Of a stretch of DNA of 64,000 bases, positions 9,400 through 19,295 are shown piece by piece. A model generated the notes under the pieces. It saw nothing but the letters and a program-made list of their open reading frames with translations, had not been told where the DNA came from and did no database searches. The stretch covers positions 1-64,000 of the IMG/VR virus record IMGVR_UViG_3300020473_001965. One strand, given 5' to 3'. The position numbers and the translations under genes are program-made. Positions within the stretch are counted from its first letter, which is position 1. Every line of letters starts with the position of its first letter.

Positions 9400-11331
9400 T
9401 CAAGAATCGCGCCAGAGGTTGTTGCTAGCATACGTTAGAATTTCTTCAGCTGACTCAGGTGTGTAACCGTATTCATCAATCATGGTCTGAACCATCTCAT
9501 TATACTTCTTCTGCTGATCATCATCCCTTGATTTGCTCTTTGTGACGACACGCGCAAGATCTTTAATAGAGGTCATGAGATATGATTCAATCGCTTCTTT
9601 TAGTGGCGCGTAACTTGTATAGTCGATTCGCTCTTTTCTTCTCATTTTAGCAAACATATACGCTGTAACGTCTGACCTAAAACCATCCCGAGCAGAACCT
9701 GTAATACCGATTGTCTCTTCTATTGCACGCATGAAGTTTTCATCAGGATCCATAGATTCTTTTGTAACTCGATTCTTCATGCTCTGCTTAGTTGTAAAAG
9801 CCTCAGCATTATCTAGATAAGTGTCAAATAGTGACTGTGCTTGCTCTTCGTAAGCAGTAACAAATGCTTTTGCAATTTCATTCTCAAGCATTTTTAAGTA
9901 CTCTTCTCTGATCACTTTTCTTAACAGTTCTAAGCAGTGTGCCCTGAATTCTGCATCGATTAACTGCTCGTTAACTTGTCTGATAAGTGAATTCATCACT
10001 GAGATGGGTGTGATCATTTCGTTTTCTGAATCACTCAAGGCATTGTCTACGGCTTTCATTATAAACCTTGTAGAAATACCATTCATTCCCTCGTCTCTTG
10101 ACTCATCTCTCAGATCTTTAATGTCTACCTTCTTGACCCTGCCCTTTTCAATTACGTCTTCGCCGTTATAGATCTTCATTTTCGTCATAGGATCGCACTT
10201 CTGGCTTGTGTGAAGCCTAGAAAGGACAGAGAACATTGAGGCAATTCTCAGTGTGTGAGGTGCAATGTGCGCATTAAAGTCAGATCTTGAAAGAATCTTT
10301 TCATAAATTTTAATTTCTTGATCAAGTTCTAAAACGTACGGAACGTTAATTTTTACTACGCGATCTAAGATAGCTTCGTTTGTATGTTCACTTTGAAATT
10401 TATTCCATTCAGCTTCGTTACAGTGAGCAACAATCACACCGTCGAAGTATATCATATCATGCTTCCCTGGAGATGGAACCCTCTTCTCCTGCGTCGCAGT
10501 GATTATTGTATGGAGAAACTCAATCTCATTTTTGAACACCTCAACTAGCTCTACAATCCCTCTGTTACCTACATTGAAAGCGCCATTAAGGGACAGTACT
10601 CGAGGATCATCTTCAGCATATTTGTCAAGCTTTGAAATGTCTTCTGACCCTATTAGAACAGAAACATCCTGACTGTTTGCATCCATGGGTGGGACTGAAG
10701 CTATTCCTCTTCTAGCCCTTTGAGAAAACGTTGTTTCTTTAACAACAAAATTTTCGTATTCGCGGCCGTACTCTTCAAACAGCAGGTGCCTGGCAACCGG
10801 TGATATGTCACCCTCTATTTTCACACCCAGCAATTCCTCAAACTGGCTTCGAAGCCCCCGGGGTATTAAGTGTAAAGGCTCACCCCTCTGAGGATCACCT
10901 TGTAAATAAAAGTATCTTTCACCATCTAATGCACGCTTAATATGTTCTGTAAGAGCCGACTTACCAGCACCAACTGGACCCATCAAGAGCAATACTTGTC
11001 GTGATTCCTCACCTCTTTTAGATGCAGAGTTTAGAAATCTCATAACCTTGGCAATAACTTTTTCCATCCCAAAAAATTCAGATTGAAAATAATCATATGT
11101 TTTCAATGATTCGCCACCAAATAGTTTGTGACATCTTTCATCATTCTCATTCATCGACTGGACGCCGTGCCCTTCTATTGCTTCTGTAAGACGCTTATGA
11201 GCTAATTTTGCGATAGACGGGTTTTTTCTTATAATCTCTAGATACTCAATAAAAGTACCTTCAAACTTATCATCAGTCTTCTTAGCTCTTTGCTCTTTGA
11301 TTATTTTTAAAAAATCTTTTGATGCAGCCAT
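9400..11331 (-). CDS. prkA: PrkA/YeaG AAA+ serine protein kinase
   Basis: EFFGME, Walker A GPVGAGKS, GNRGIVELVEVFK, NEAILDR, EGMNGISTRF. Confidence 0.93.
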   Translation of the reverse strand: MAASKDFLKIIKEQRAKKTDDKFEGTFIEYLEIIRKNPSIAKLAHKRLTEAIEGHGVQSMNENDERCHKLFGGESLKTYDYFQSEFFGMEKVIAKVMRFLNSASKRGEESRQVLLLMGPVGAGKSALTEHIKRALDGERYFYLQGDPQRGEPLHLIPRGLRSQFEELLGVKIEGDISPVARHLLFEEYGREYENFVVKETTFSQRARRGIASVPPMDANSQDVSVLIGSEDISKLDKYAEDDPRVLSLNGAFNVGNRGIVELVEVFKNEIEFLHTIITATQEKRVPSPGKHDMIYFDGVIVAHCNEAEWNKFQSEHTNEAILDRVVKINVPYVLELDQEIKIYEKILSRSDFNAHIAPHTLRIASMFSVLSRLHTSQKCDPMTKMKIYNGEDVIEKGRVKKVDIKDLRDESRDEGMNGISTRFIMKAVDNALSDSENEMITPISVMNSLIRQVNEQLIDAEFRAHCLELLRKVIREEYLKMLENEIAKAFVTAYEEQAQSLFDTYLDNAEAFTTKQSMKNRVTKESMDPDENFMRAIEETIGITGSARDGFRSDVTAYMFAKMRRKERIDYTSYAPLKEAIESYLMTSIKDLARVVTKSKSRDDDQQKKYNEMVQTMIDEYGYTPESAEEILTYASNNLWRDS

Positions 11332-11376
11332 TATTACCTCTCAATTTTATTATATTGGGTGCGTTTTAATTATAAA

Positions 11377-12684
11377 TTAAATTTCCCAAGGTTCCTCTTC
11401 AATTATCGTATTTAACTTTACGACATCTTCCCAAAGCTCTGATATGCTCTTAACTACGTTTTCTGCATATGAAAGCTCTAGATCTCTTCCGTCGTGATCA
11501 TGATAAAGGACAAGAACGTTTCCTGCCTCTATTTCCGAAACACCGATCACCGGGATACTGTTTACTCCCGTATTTCTTATCATGTCTTCTCTAATTGGTT
11601 CCCATCCATCTTCATCAGAAATTTCATCGATAGTGTATGCGTTTTTCTTGGGGGAGTAACTAAACAAATTCAAGTCTTCAAAATCTTGACGATTCATTAA
11701 TGCTCTAATTGCAGCTACGTCATGGAATACTTCTCGAACAAAAAAGCATTCATCTATTCCTCTTTCTTTTTCTAATCTTTGAAAGAGGTGGAAGCCGACA
11801 TGATATGGGTTAATACCACCCACATGCGGTCTTACTACTTGATTGTGTGTTTTTAGAAAAGGTATGTGAATGTCTTGAGGTACTTCGAGTTCGTGCATAA
11901 TCTTATAATGCCAGAAACTAGCCCAACCTTCATTCAGTATTTTTGTTTTGATTTGAGGAATAAAATATAGAGATTCTGTTCGAACGATATCAATCAAATC
12001 TCTTTCCCAATCAGAGAGATGTGTACCATGTTCTACAATAAACCCTAGTAAATCGACGTCATAAGAAAGCGGGATTTTTTCTATGTCTACATTCTTGTAT
12101 TCACCCTTTTCATCGAATCTTATTTTTTCTGTTAATTCATTTTTGATTGTATCGTGAGGAATTCTTTCCTGACCGTCTCTGTACGTTTGAAATCTAATGG
12201 TGTGAGCAGCATCTAAAATCTTTTCAACCTTTTCGATACCGATGCTGGGATCTTCGATATAACCCTGTATTCTATTTCTAGCATTTCTAAACCTAGAAAT
12301 AACAGTTTCGGGTCGAGTATCTTTAAATTGAGGATTATTTTTAAAGAAATCACTATGACCCACACAGTGTGCCATAATCAACACCTGCATAAATAGTGGG
12401 TTTTCTCTCATCAAGTATGCTATTGATGGGTTGGAATTGATAATCAACTCGTACGGTAGGCCTTCGAGACCCATGTTATACATTTGATGGGTTCTTTCAA
12501 ACGATTTGCCGTAAGACCAGTGACCGTAATGAGACGGTAGACCATGATAAGACATGTGCCCAATCATTTCGTAGTAGTCACATATCTCATAATTGATGGG
12601 AAACCAGTCTAGATTATAATCCCTTGACATGTCAATAATACGACTATCCCAGTTTTCTAAGTCTGATATTTTCCAATCACTCAT
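11377..12684 (-). CDS. spoVR: SpoVR/YcgB family protein
   Basis: HWSYGK, YELIINSNP, AHCVGHSDFFKNN, TKILNEGWASFWH, NPYHVG. Confidence 0.93.
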   Translation of the reverse strand: MSDWKISDLENWDSRIIDMSRDYNLDWFPINYEICDYYEMIGHMSYHGLPSHYGHWSYGKSFERTHQMYNMGLEGLPYELIINSNPSIAYLMRENPLFMQVLIMAHCVGHSDFFKNNPQFKDTRPETVISRFRNARNRIQGYIEDPSIGIEKVEKILDAAHTIRFQTYRDGQERIPHDTIKNELTEKIRFDEKGEYKNVDIEKIPLSYDVDLLGFIVEHGTHLSDWERDLIDIVRTESLYFIPQIKTKILNEGWASFWHYKIMHELEVPQDIHIPFLKTHNQVVRPHVGGINPYHVGFHLFQRLEKERGIDECFFVREVFHDVAAIRALMNRQDFEDLNLFSYSPKKNAYTIDEISDEDGWEPIREDMIRNTGVNSIPVIGVSEIEAGNVLVLYHDHDGRDLELSYAENVVKSISELWEDVVKLNTIIEEEPWEI

Positions 12685-13855
12685 CTATCTTTCCTCCAAA
12701 TATTCTTGAAAAAGCCGGCCAGATGTCATCTTTTGAAGTGAGCATAATATTTTTAAACTTTTTGTCGACCATGTGCTCATATTCTTTAGACATAAGGGAC
12801 TGCTCAAACCGACTCCACTTTGGCTCTTCTTCATGCGGCAAGATTTCAATAAAACAATATAGCTGTGCCAGGTTTTTGATCTTGAGTGACTCATTAATAG
12901 CCCTAGGGTTGTCTTCAGGCCAATTATCACCATCTGAGCAGTGGAATGCGTAAATATTCCATGAATCAGGATGATAGCGCTTAGATATTATTTCATTTGC
13001 AAGCTTGGGCGCGGATGAAATGTAAGTACCTCCGGAGGTCATGACTTTAAAAAAGTCATCTTCATTTACTTCTTTTGCTTTAGTTGTATGAGCGAGAAAG
13101 ACAATTTCTGTATTTTCATACCGATGGTTGATAAACTGATATAATAGGAAAAAGAATGATCTTGCTATAAACTTTTTCTTTTGTGTCATCGAGCCTGACA
13201 CGTCCATCATGAAGAATATTACAGCATTTGAATTTTCACGGGGTGTAGGTTTAATATAGTGATACTTTAAATCATTTTGATGAAATGGAAATCTTTCCTC
13301 TTCTTCTGGGTCATAGTCACCTGTTCTCTGCGCTGCTTTTTTTCTTCTAATTTTGTTCTTAAGTGTTTCTTTCTTTGAAAGTCTTGGCCTAATCCCTTCT
13401 GATCGATAGCCCTTTCTCCTGAGCTTTTCTCCCATGATGTTCTTCATCTGCTTCTTTTCAAGCTCAGGAAGGTTCAGGTCGTCAAACAGGTAAGCCGCTA
13501 ATTCTTCGAGAGATATTTCTACTTCGTAGATTTCTTCGCCCTCTTCATTGCCTGCCTTGTTACCTGGCTTTTTTTCTTTGCCCTTCTTTTGAATGGATTG
13601 CCCACGAGTGATGTCTGCACCAGGTGCGCTACCTACTTTTCTATTTTTAGAATTTTCACCATATATGAATCTATACTCTTTGATACCTCTGACTGGTATC
13701 TTGATCTTCTTCTTGCCATCTTTTCCAATAATAGACTCATCTGAAACGATATCATGAATACCTTCCTTGATGGCTCTTTCTATCTTTTTCTTGTGTCTAG
13801 ATCTGTCACTAGCTGAACGATCTGAGTGTGTTTTATGATGTTTAAAAATGGACAT
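12677..13855 (-). CDS. yeaH: YeaH/YhbH (DUF444) VWA-containing protein
   Basis: DRSRH, MMDVSGSM MIDAS, SGGT, WNIYAFHCSDGDNW. Confidence 0.92.
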   Translation of the reverse strand: MSIFKHHKTHSDRSASDRSRHKKKIERAIKEGIHDIVSDESIIGKDGKKKIKIPVRGIKEYRFIYGENSKNRKVGSAPGADITRGQSIQKKGKEKKPGNKAGNEEGEEIYEVEISLEELAAYLFDDLNLPELEKKQMKNIMGEKLRRKGYRSEGIRPRLSKKETLKNKIRRKKAAQRTGDYDPEEEERFPFHQNDLKYHYIKPTPRENSNAVIFFMMDVSGSMTQKKKFIARSFFFLLYQFINHRYENTEIVFLAHTTKAKEVNEDDFFKVMTSGGTYISSAPKLANEIISKRYHPDSWNIYAFHCSDGDNWPEDNPRAINESLKIKNLAQLYCFIEILPHEEEPKWSRFEQSLMSKEYEHMVDKKFKNIMLTSKDDIWPAFSRIFGGKIDE

Positions 13856-13864
13856 AATAAAATT

Positions 13865-14452
13865 CTATTCCAATATTGAGTTTTGTATCAGCTCATGAAT
13901 ATAGGCTTCACTGTAACCCCTTAGTGTAGATTTTATCACCATATTCTTGTCAATAAACATAAATGTGGGCCATGACTCCACTGGTGGGCCCGAAATACCA
14001 TTTGGATCCAGCATTTCTCGATCACCACCCAGGACGAAATGGTCGTCCAATCCGTACGTGTCAGACCATAATTGTAAGTCTGCTAAATCTACGGGCTGAC
14101 CTGACAGATCATCAATTAAAATTGTGATAAATTCTAGGTCTTCTTCTGCATATTGGTCAGATATTGATTGTATAGATCCAGCAGTAACTCGACAATAACC
14201 GCACCACATTGTACTAAAGTCTAGAACAATAGGTTTTCCAATGTGATCATAGAGTTCAAAATCTTCTCCATGTTGGTCTGTTAGCTGCAAATTACACATG
14301 TGTTCTTCCTGGGTGTAACCGCAGTCGTCCCAAGTAACAAGGCTTTCAGGTTCAGATGGTGAAGAATCTTTTGAGTTGGATCCGCATGATTCGCCGCAGC
14401 CAACAAGAAAAATTGAAAAGAAAAGTGCTTTTAAGCTGAGATTTGATAACAT
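13865..14452 (-). CDS. TlpA-like thioredoxin-fold lipoprotein
   Basis: LVGC lipobox; WCGYC; cis-Pro WPT. Confidence 0.85.
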   Translation of the reverse strand: MLSNLSLKALFFSIFLVGCGESCGSNSKDSSPSEPESLVTWDDCGYTQEEHMCNLQLTDQHGEDFELYDHIGKPIVLDFSTMWCGYCRVTAGSIQSISDQYAEEDLEFITILIDDLSGQPVDLADLQLWSDTYGLDDHFVLGGDREMLDPNGISGPPVESWPTFMFIDKNMVIKSTLRGYSEAYIHELIQNSILE

Positions 14453-14486
14453 AATACATCCCTCTTATAATATATAGGATGTTTTC

Positions 14487-14831
14487 CTAGACCTTGAACT
14501 TTCTCCAAGCAAATCTTTTTCTTTTCGCCAGGTAGTTTACATCTACATCATGGTCGTAAGCCTCTTGTTCAAACCTAATTCTATAGTAAGCTGTTTCCTT
14601 GTTTCTATATTTTATTAAACCGTGCAGCCAGTCCCACACATAGAGGACATAAAAACCCACGACTAAAAGTTCACTGTACTGTTTGATGTGTATCGACTCA
14701 TGGTTTATAGTTCTGTCATTCCCTTCATCTCTAATAAAGATAAAGGGCCAAAGAGTGATTGCATATGCATTAATAACCCAGCTCAAAGCCTTAGGCACCC
14801 AACTATTTTTTACTATAATGGGTATTTTCAT
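14487..14831 (-). CDS. HExxH-containing protein (DUF4157-like)
   Basis: AITLWPFI..HESIHIKQ..FEQEAY. Confidence 0.7.
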   Translation of the reverse strand: MKIPIIVKNSWVPKALSWVINAYAITLWPFIFIRDEGNDRTINHESIHIKQYSELLVVGFYVLYVWDWLHGLIKYRNKETAYYRIRFEQEAYDHDVDVNYLAKRKRFAWRKFKV

Positions 14832-15823
14832 GCTTGATCTCCTGAAATTTTTAAATGGGCCCACTCAATTGCAGGTTTTAAATGAGCGTGACATTTTGAG
14901 AGCATAGTGTCATAATCGACCCAATCCCAACCATGATGTTCATACTCTCCAGTCTCTGGGTTCTTTTTAATTTTCGGTGTTTGTGAAGTTTCAGCTATCC
15001 AACATCTTGTCTTTGGTGTATCAAAAGAATCTTCACCCCACCTAAAATCCAGAACGGTAATGTTTGCCTCCTCTTCCACTTCGCGAAGAGCTGTTTCAAA
15101 ATGGCTACCATGATCGTCTGTATCCATCCTGCCTTTCGGGATATCATACTTTCCATAAATTTTAAGACCTAAAAATAGGCCTTTTTCATTGATAACTATG
15201 ATCCCTGCACCTTGTGGGCTTTCAAAAAGGTATTGAAGTGACTCATTTACCCCCTCTTTAGCAATTTTTAAAATCATGTCTAAGTGACGTTGATCAATTC
15301 CGGGTGGCGTACCGCCATGAAAGTCCAAAAGTATATTGATTGCATTTTTATATTTATTCTTCTGTTTTTCAGAAGGTGAGGAAGAAATATTGTGAAGCAT
15401 ATCTGCTAGCTTCACTCTTAGTGCTGTACCAGAAAGGCTTGTCACGTACTGCGAATAGTCAACATTTTTATCATGTGTTAAAGAACGAACGACATCAATT
15501 ACTTCATTTTTGACCTGTTCGTTTTCGATACTTTGACCAATCCTATCTAAGACTTCTTCTTCAGACTTAAATACACCCCCTTTTTCATAATCTTCTAAAG
15601 CATCATGTAGTAGTGCAGCTAGCTGGCCTATTTTATCTGACGGATAGAATCTCCTCATTATGTTTCTAACAGCCTTTGGGTGCTCATAATAAGGTTCGCC
15701 AGATCTTCTACGTTGATCTCTGTGTACCTCTTCACCTGCTCGATAGGTATCTGCATAGGTATCAGAAGTAATAACCTCAGAAATGTATTCTCTAATTAAT
15801 CTTGACATGTTTTTGCTGACCAC
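14828..15823 (-). CDS. HD-domain (RelA/SpoT/Mesh1-type) hydrolase fused to a Nudix hydrolase
   Basis: HRDQRRRSGEPYYEHP, AALLHDALED, VKLADMLHN; Nudix box PKG..TALREVEEEAN. Confidence 0.88.
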   Translation of the reverse strand: MVSKNMSRLIREYISEVITSDTYADTYRAGEEVHRDQRRRSGEPYYEHPKAVRNIMRRFYPSDKIGQLAALLHDALEDYEKGGVFKSEEEVLDRIGQSIENEQVKNEVIDVVRSLTHDKNVDYSQYVTSLSGTALRVKLADMLHNISSSPSEKQKNKYKNAINILLDFHGGTPPGIDQRHLDMILKIAKEGVNESLQYLFESPQGAGIIVINEKGLFLGLKIYGKYDIPKGRMDTDDHGSHFETALREVEEEANITVLDFRWGEDSFDTPKTRCWIAETSQTPKIKKNPETGEYEHHGWDWVDYDTMLSKCHAHLKPAIEWAHLKISGDQA

Positions 15824-15858
15824 CAGGAATAAGTATTATCTGAAGAGGATTTTTTAAT

Positions 15859-17514
15859 ATGGCAACAAGAACAAGAAACTTTGGTGCAGGTGTTGTAAAA
15901 ATTAACGAAGGGCTAATAATTTCGGGTTCTGATCCACAAGTATACGTCAGTGGAAACATCAACATAGACTCGCTCACAGAACCTCGCATTCAATTTCAAA
16001 TAGGCGGTGAAGACAGAGCCAAGATTCTTGTCAATACGTCGAACAACCTGGTTTTCCACAATCAATTTGTCAATAAACACATTGTTTTTAAGGCGAATGA
16101 TCAAGGTGTCACCCGAGAGGGTTTTCGTATCGATGGGGCAGTACCTGAAGTTGTTGTCAATCAGGGTTCAGAATCAATGATTGATTTTCGTGTAGAATCA
16201 AACAACAATACACACATGCTTTTCGTGGATGGGGGAAATGAAAAAGTAGGTATTGGAACAGCTTCTCCCTCCACCACATTTCATGCATATGCTAATGTAT
16301 CCAATGCGTACGTAGCCACAATTGACAATGACCAAGCCTCAGCAGGACATGTTCTAAAGCTTCTAACAGACGGAAACGGATCTGGAACACGAATACTAGA
16401 AATGGAAGACGGCGACGGCGATGTTATTTTCCGGGCCCGCGCCGATGGTCGGTTTGGCTTTGGGCCCGACGGTGTCAGCAGTATGGGCGCCGGCACTTTC
16501 GTAGTGGGTATTGATAATTCTTCTCATACAGCTGACATAGCGATATCGAAAAGACTTCAGCATCTCGGAGACTCAAACACGTATCTAGACTTCCCTTCAG
16601 CCGATACCTTCAACCTTGTAGCAGGCGGCAATTCTTTCCTTAAATACGATAGTGGAAATATTCTACTAAACAATGCAAATGCAGATGTTGACACAAAGAT
16701 TATGGCTGATAATGGCGCTGTAGTGCTACATGTTGATGCTGGAACGAACAGGGTTGGTGTTGGTACGACTGGGCCCGATCGGGCGCTAGATGTGCTAGAT
16801 TCATCAAACCCGCAGATGAGATTGTCACACACAGACGGATCAAATTATGTTGATTTTCAAGCTAGTGCAGCTGGTGATCTAATTCTGACAGGATCGGCTT
16901 CAAACGCAACATACATCTTTACATCAGCTGGAAATGCAAAGATCAACGTACAATCAAATGCAGGGGACGGCGATGCCGAAGTAGGATTTAGTGTCGATGC
17001 AGGAGCAAATATTGCGTGGTCGTTAGGTGTTGACGATGGCGACTCAGATAAGTTTAAAATAGGTGGATCAACAATTGGAGCAAATACTCGCCTTACAATT
17101 GACTCTAACGGTCATGTAGGAGTAGGCACTACTAATCCAGCTAGCACGCTCTCAGTGGCAGGATCAATAGCAGTAAACGTTACATACTTTGGTCAAGCGA
17201 ATGATCCAGGAACAACGTACACAATGAATGCTACAGATTGTGTTGTTATCGCCAATACACGACCAACAGCACAGGGTGGTATCGATAGCGCAATAACGAT
17301 AACACTTCCAGATGCATCTGACTTCCCTGGACGCATTGTCACAATCAAGGATGGCGCAGGCTATAGTGATGTAAATGCTATCAATATTAACGCAGCATCA
17401 GGCGACAATCTAGACGGAAACCCATCAACTACTACTACGAATCTACCTACTCCAGCAAGCTTTAAGACACTAGTATCTGACGGTGTCAATAGCTGGTATG
17501 AGATAGGTAGCTAG
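15859..17514 (+). CDS. Tail-fibre-like virion structural protein
   Basis: Repeated (K/R/H)VG(I/V)GT beta units, Gly/Ser/Asn-rich, C-terminal ITLPDA..GRIVTIKD..SDGVNSW module. Confidence 0.7.
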   Translation: MATRTRNFGAGVVKINEGLIISGSDPQVYVSGNINIDSLTEPRIQFQIGGEDRAKILVNTSNNLVFHNQFVNKHIVFKANDQGVTREGFRIDGAVPEVVVNQGSESMIDFRVESNNNTHMLFVDGGNEKVGIGTASPSTTFHAYANVSNAYVATIDNDQASAGHVLKLLTDGNGSGTRILEMEDGDGDVIFRARADGRFGFGPDGVSSMGAGTFVVGIDNSSHTADIAISKRLQHLGDSNTYLDFPSADTFNLVAGGNSFLKYDSGNILLNNANADVDTKIMADNGAVVLHVDAGTNRVGVGTTGPDRALDVLDSSNPQMRLSHTDGSNYVDFQASAAGDLILTGSASNATYIFTSAGNAKINVQSNAGDGDAEVGFSVDAGANIAWSLGVDDGDSDKFKIGGSTIGANTRLTIDSNGHVGVGTTNPASTLSVAGSIAVNVTYFGQANDPGTTYTMNATDCVVIANTRPTAQGGIDSAITITLPDASDFPGRIVTIKDGAGYSDVNAININAASGDNLDGNPSTTTTNLPTPASFKTLVSDGVNSWYEIGS

Positions 17515-17885
17515 AATTCTTCATCGTGATTTGAAGAAAATGGGAACTTTACTACATTCTCTGGAAGTATAACATCGTCTTCTGCTTCTGATTTGTCGAT
17601 TGCTTCGAGCAATATACCGTTTTTAATCAATTCTTTTTTCGAACATGTTCCAGGTGCCAGTTCTATTCCAGAATTGTCATACAAGTAAATTATTTCTTTT
17701 CCAGGAGTACCGACATGAGCAATTCTTACAATTCCTGTGCCAGGCAATAACCATAGTTGTCCGGGTAATACAGGAAAAAGTTCATTTTTTTGATAACTCT
17801 TTATGACAACTGTCATACCTAAAATCAACCCTATAAAACTAGATCCTAGTATTAGCATTGACAAAGTGATGGGTTCTATATTCAT
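17511..17885 (-). CDS. Hypothetical membrane protein
   Basis: N-terminal TM helix. Confidence 0.6.
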   Translation of the reverse strand: MNIEPITLSMLILGSSFIGLILGMTVVIKSYQKNELFPVLPGQLWLLPGTGIVRIAHVGTPGKEIIYLYDNSGIELAPGTCSKKELIKNGILLEAIDKSEAEDDVILPENVVKFPFSSNHDEEF

Positions 17886-17895
17886 TTTAAAGTTA

Positions 17896-17971
17896 TGGAG
17901 CCACTGATAGGGTTCGAACCTACGACCTGCTGATTACAAATCAGCTGCTCTACCAACTGAGCTACAGTGGC
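17896..17971 (-). tRNA. tRNA-Thr(UGU)
   Basis: Complete cloverleaf, anticodon loop TTTGTAA, encoded CCA. Confidence 0.95.
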
Positions 17972-17976
17972 AATTA

Positions 17977-18438
17977 TTAAATTATTTTCAATACTTCCCA
18001 TGATGATTCGCGAGTGGGAGTTATTACTTCAAATCCGTCACCCGGGGCCAGTCCCAACATGGCTTTTCCGAAAGGTGAGACGTAACTTATCTCACCCTGC
18101 GAAGGGTCTGATTCATGAATACCTACAATAGTAATTGTTTTAATTTCATCTGTATCTAAATTTTGAACCTCTGCAGACCTACCAAAAGATACAACATCAC
18201 TAGACATGTCGGGTGCTGTAATAGAAGAAGTATCGATAATTTCTTTAAGATCATCTATAGACTTTTCAACTTTTGATCTTTCATTAATAGCAGTAGCATA
18301 TTTTGAGTCTTCTCTAAAGTCACCATCACCCATCGCATCAGCGACTTCTTTTTGAGCTGCCTTTAATTTCTTATTTAAGTTTTCAAACTTTTGTATAAGC
18401 TTTTTATAGCCACCACTTGTTATAAGGTGTCTATTCAT
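17977..18438 (-). CDS. greA: Transcription elongation factor GreA/GreB
   Basis: GDFREDSKY and ISYVSPFGKAMLG motifs. Confidence 0.88.
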   Translation of the reverse strand: MNRHLITSGGYKKLIQKFENLNKKLKAAQKEVADAMGDGDFREDSKYATAINERSKVEKSIDDLKEIIDTSSITAPDMSSDVVSFGRSAEVQNLDTDEIKTITIVGIHESDPSQGEISYVSPFGKAMLGLAPGDGFEVITPTRESSWEVLKII

Positions 18439-18796
18439 TTGTCTGTTCCCCCTCTTTTGCCTTGTAATAGAAAATAGTAAATCTACCATCCGAACATACT
18501 AGAGGTAGATTATCGTCAAATAGTTGATCAGCAAACATTGTAGGTATTACTAGAAATTCTGAATCGTTCCAAAAACTATCTGTTTCGCTGTAATCTTTTT
18601 TGCAAGAAACCAAAATACCTCCTGTTCCTACTTCCATATTGGGGGAAGAACAAAAGTCTTTGTCCATGTTTACTAGAAGGGCATCTAAGCACATACTAGA
18701 CGTGTGTATAAAATCTTTGCCTGCATATTCTATAATGTTTTGCTTAATGCAACCAGTCGCGAAAACTAACGATAGTGAAAATAAAATTGATCTCAT
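18431..18796 (-). CDS. Hypothetical lipoprotein
   Basis: ATGC lipobox. Confidence 0.6.
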   Translation of the reverse strand: MRSILFSLSLVFATGCIKQNIIEYAGKDFIHTSSMCLDALLVNMDKDFCSSPNMEVGTGGILVSCKKDYSETDSFWNDSEFLVIPTMFADQLFDDNLPLVCSDGRFTIFYYKAKEGEQTNE

Positions 18797-18824
18797 GCAT
18801 TATTATAGTATGTAAACTAGAAAT

Positions 18825-19250
18825 TTATAAGTCTTTTTGCCTCTCTACTAATTCGCTACTACTTTGGATTTTTTGACCACCTAAATTCCAAACAAGTTCT
18901 ATGCCTAATTGATCACAGAGGGCAACTTCAGGTGTGTTGTTGTTTTTTCTGTCCCCTCCGTTTCCGAAGTAGTCAATGTCCATGGTATTTTTAAGATCAG
19001 CAATGGATTCACAAACAGAGTCGTCGTCATCCTTACCTTGGATTACAGCAACGACCCCCTTGAATGCAGATAAAATTTCAGCTCTTTCAGACCATGGCAT
19101 AAAAATATACCCCTTTTTTCTTTGAAGCCAATCATCTGAATTTGCGATAATTACTACGTCCCCAACATCAGCGGCCGATTGAATCATTCTTACATGTCCT
19201 ACGTGAACCGGGTCGAACCCTCCACTTAATGCGATCTTTTTATTTTTCAT
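18825..19250 (-). CDS. Cytidylyltransferase-like (HxGH) nucleotidyltransferase
   Basis: GGFDPVHVGH, NGGDR, KIQSSS. Confidence 0.88.
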   Translation of the reverse strand: MKNKKIALSGGFDPVHVGHVRMIQSAADVGDVVIIANSDDWLQRKKGYIFMPWSERAEILSAFKGVVAVIQGKDDDDSVCESIADLKNTMDIDYFGNGGDRKNNNTPEVALCDQLGIELVWNLGGQKIQSSSELVERQKDL

Positions 19251-19295
19251 AAGTCACCACGAATAATAGTTACTATATGATGCAAGGAATCTATT

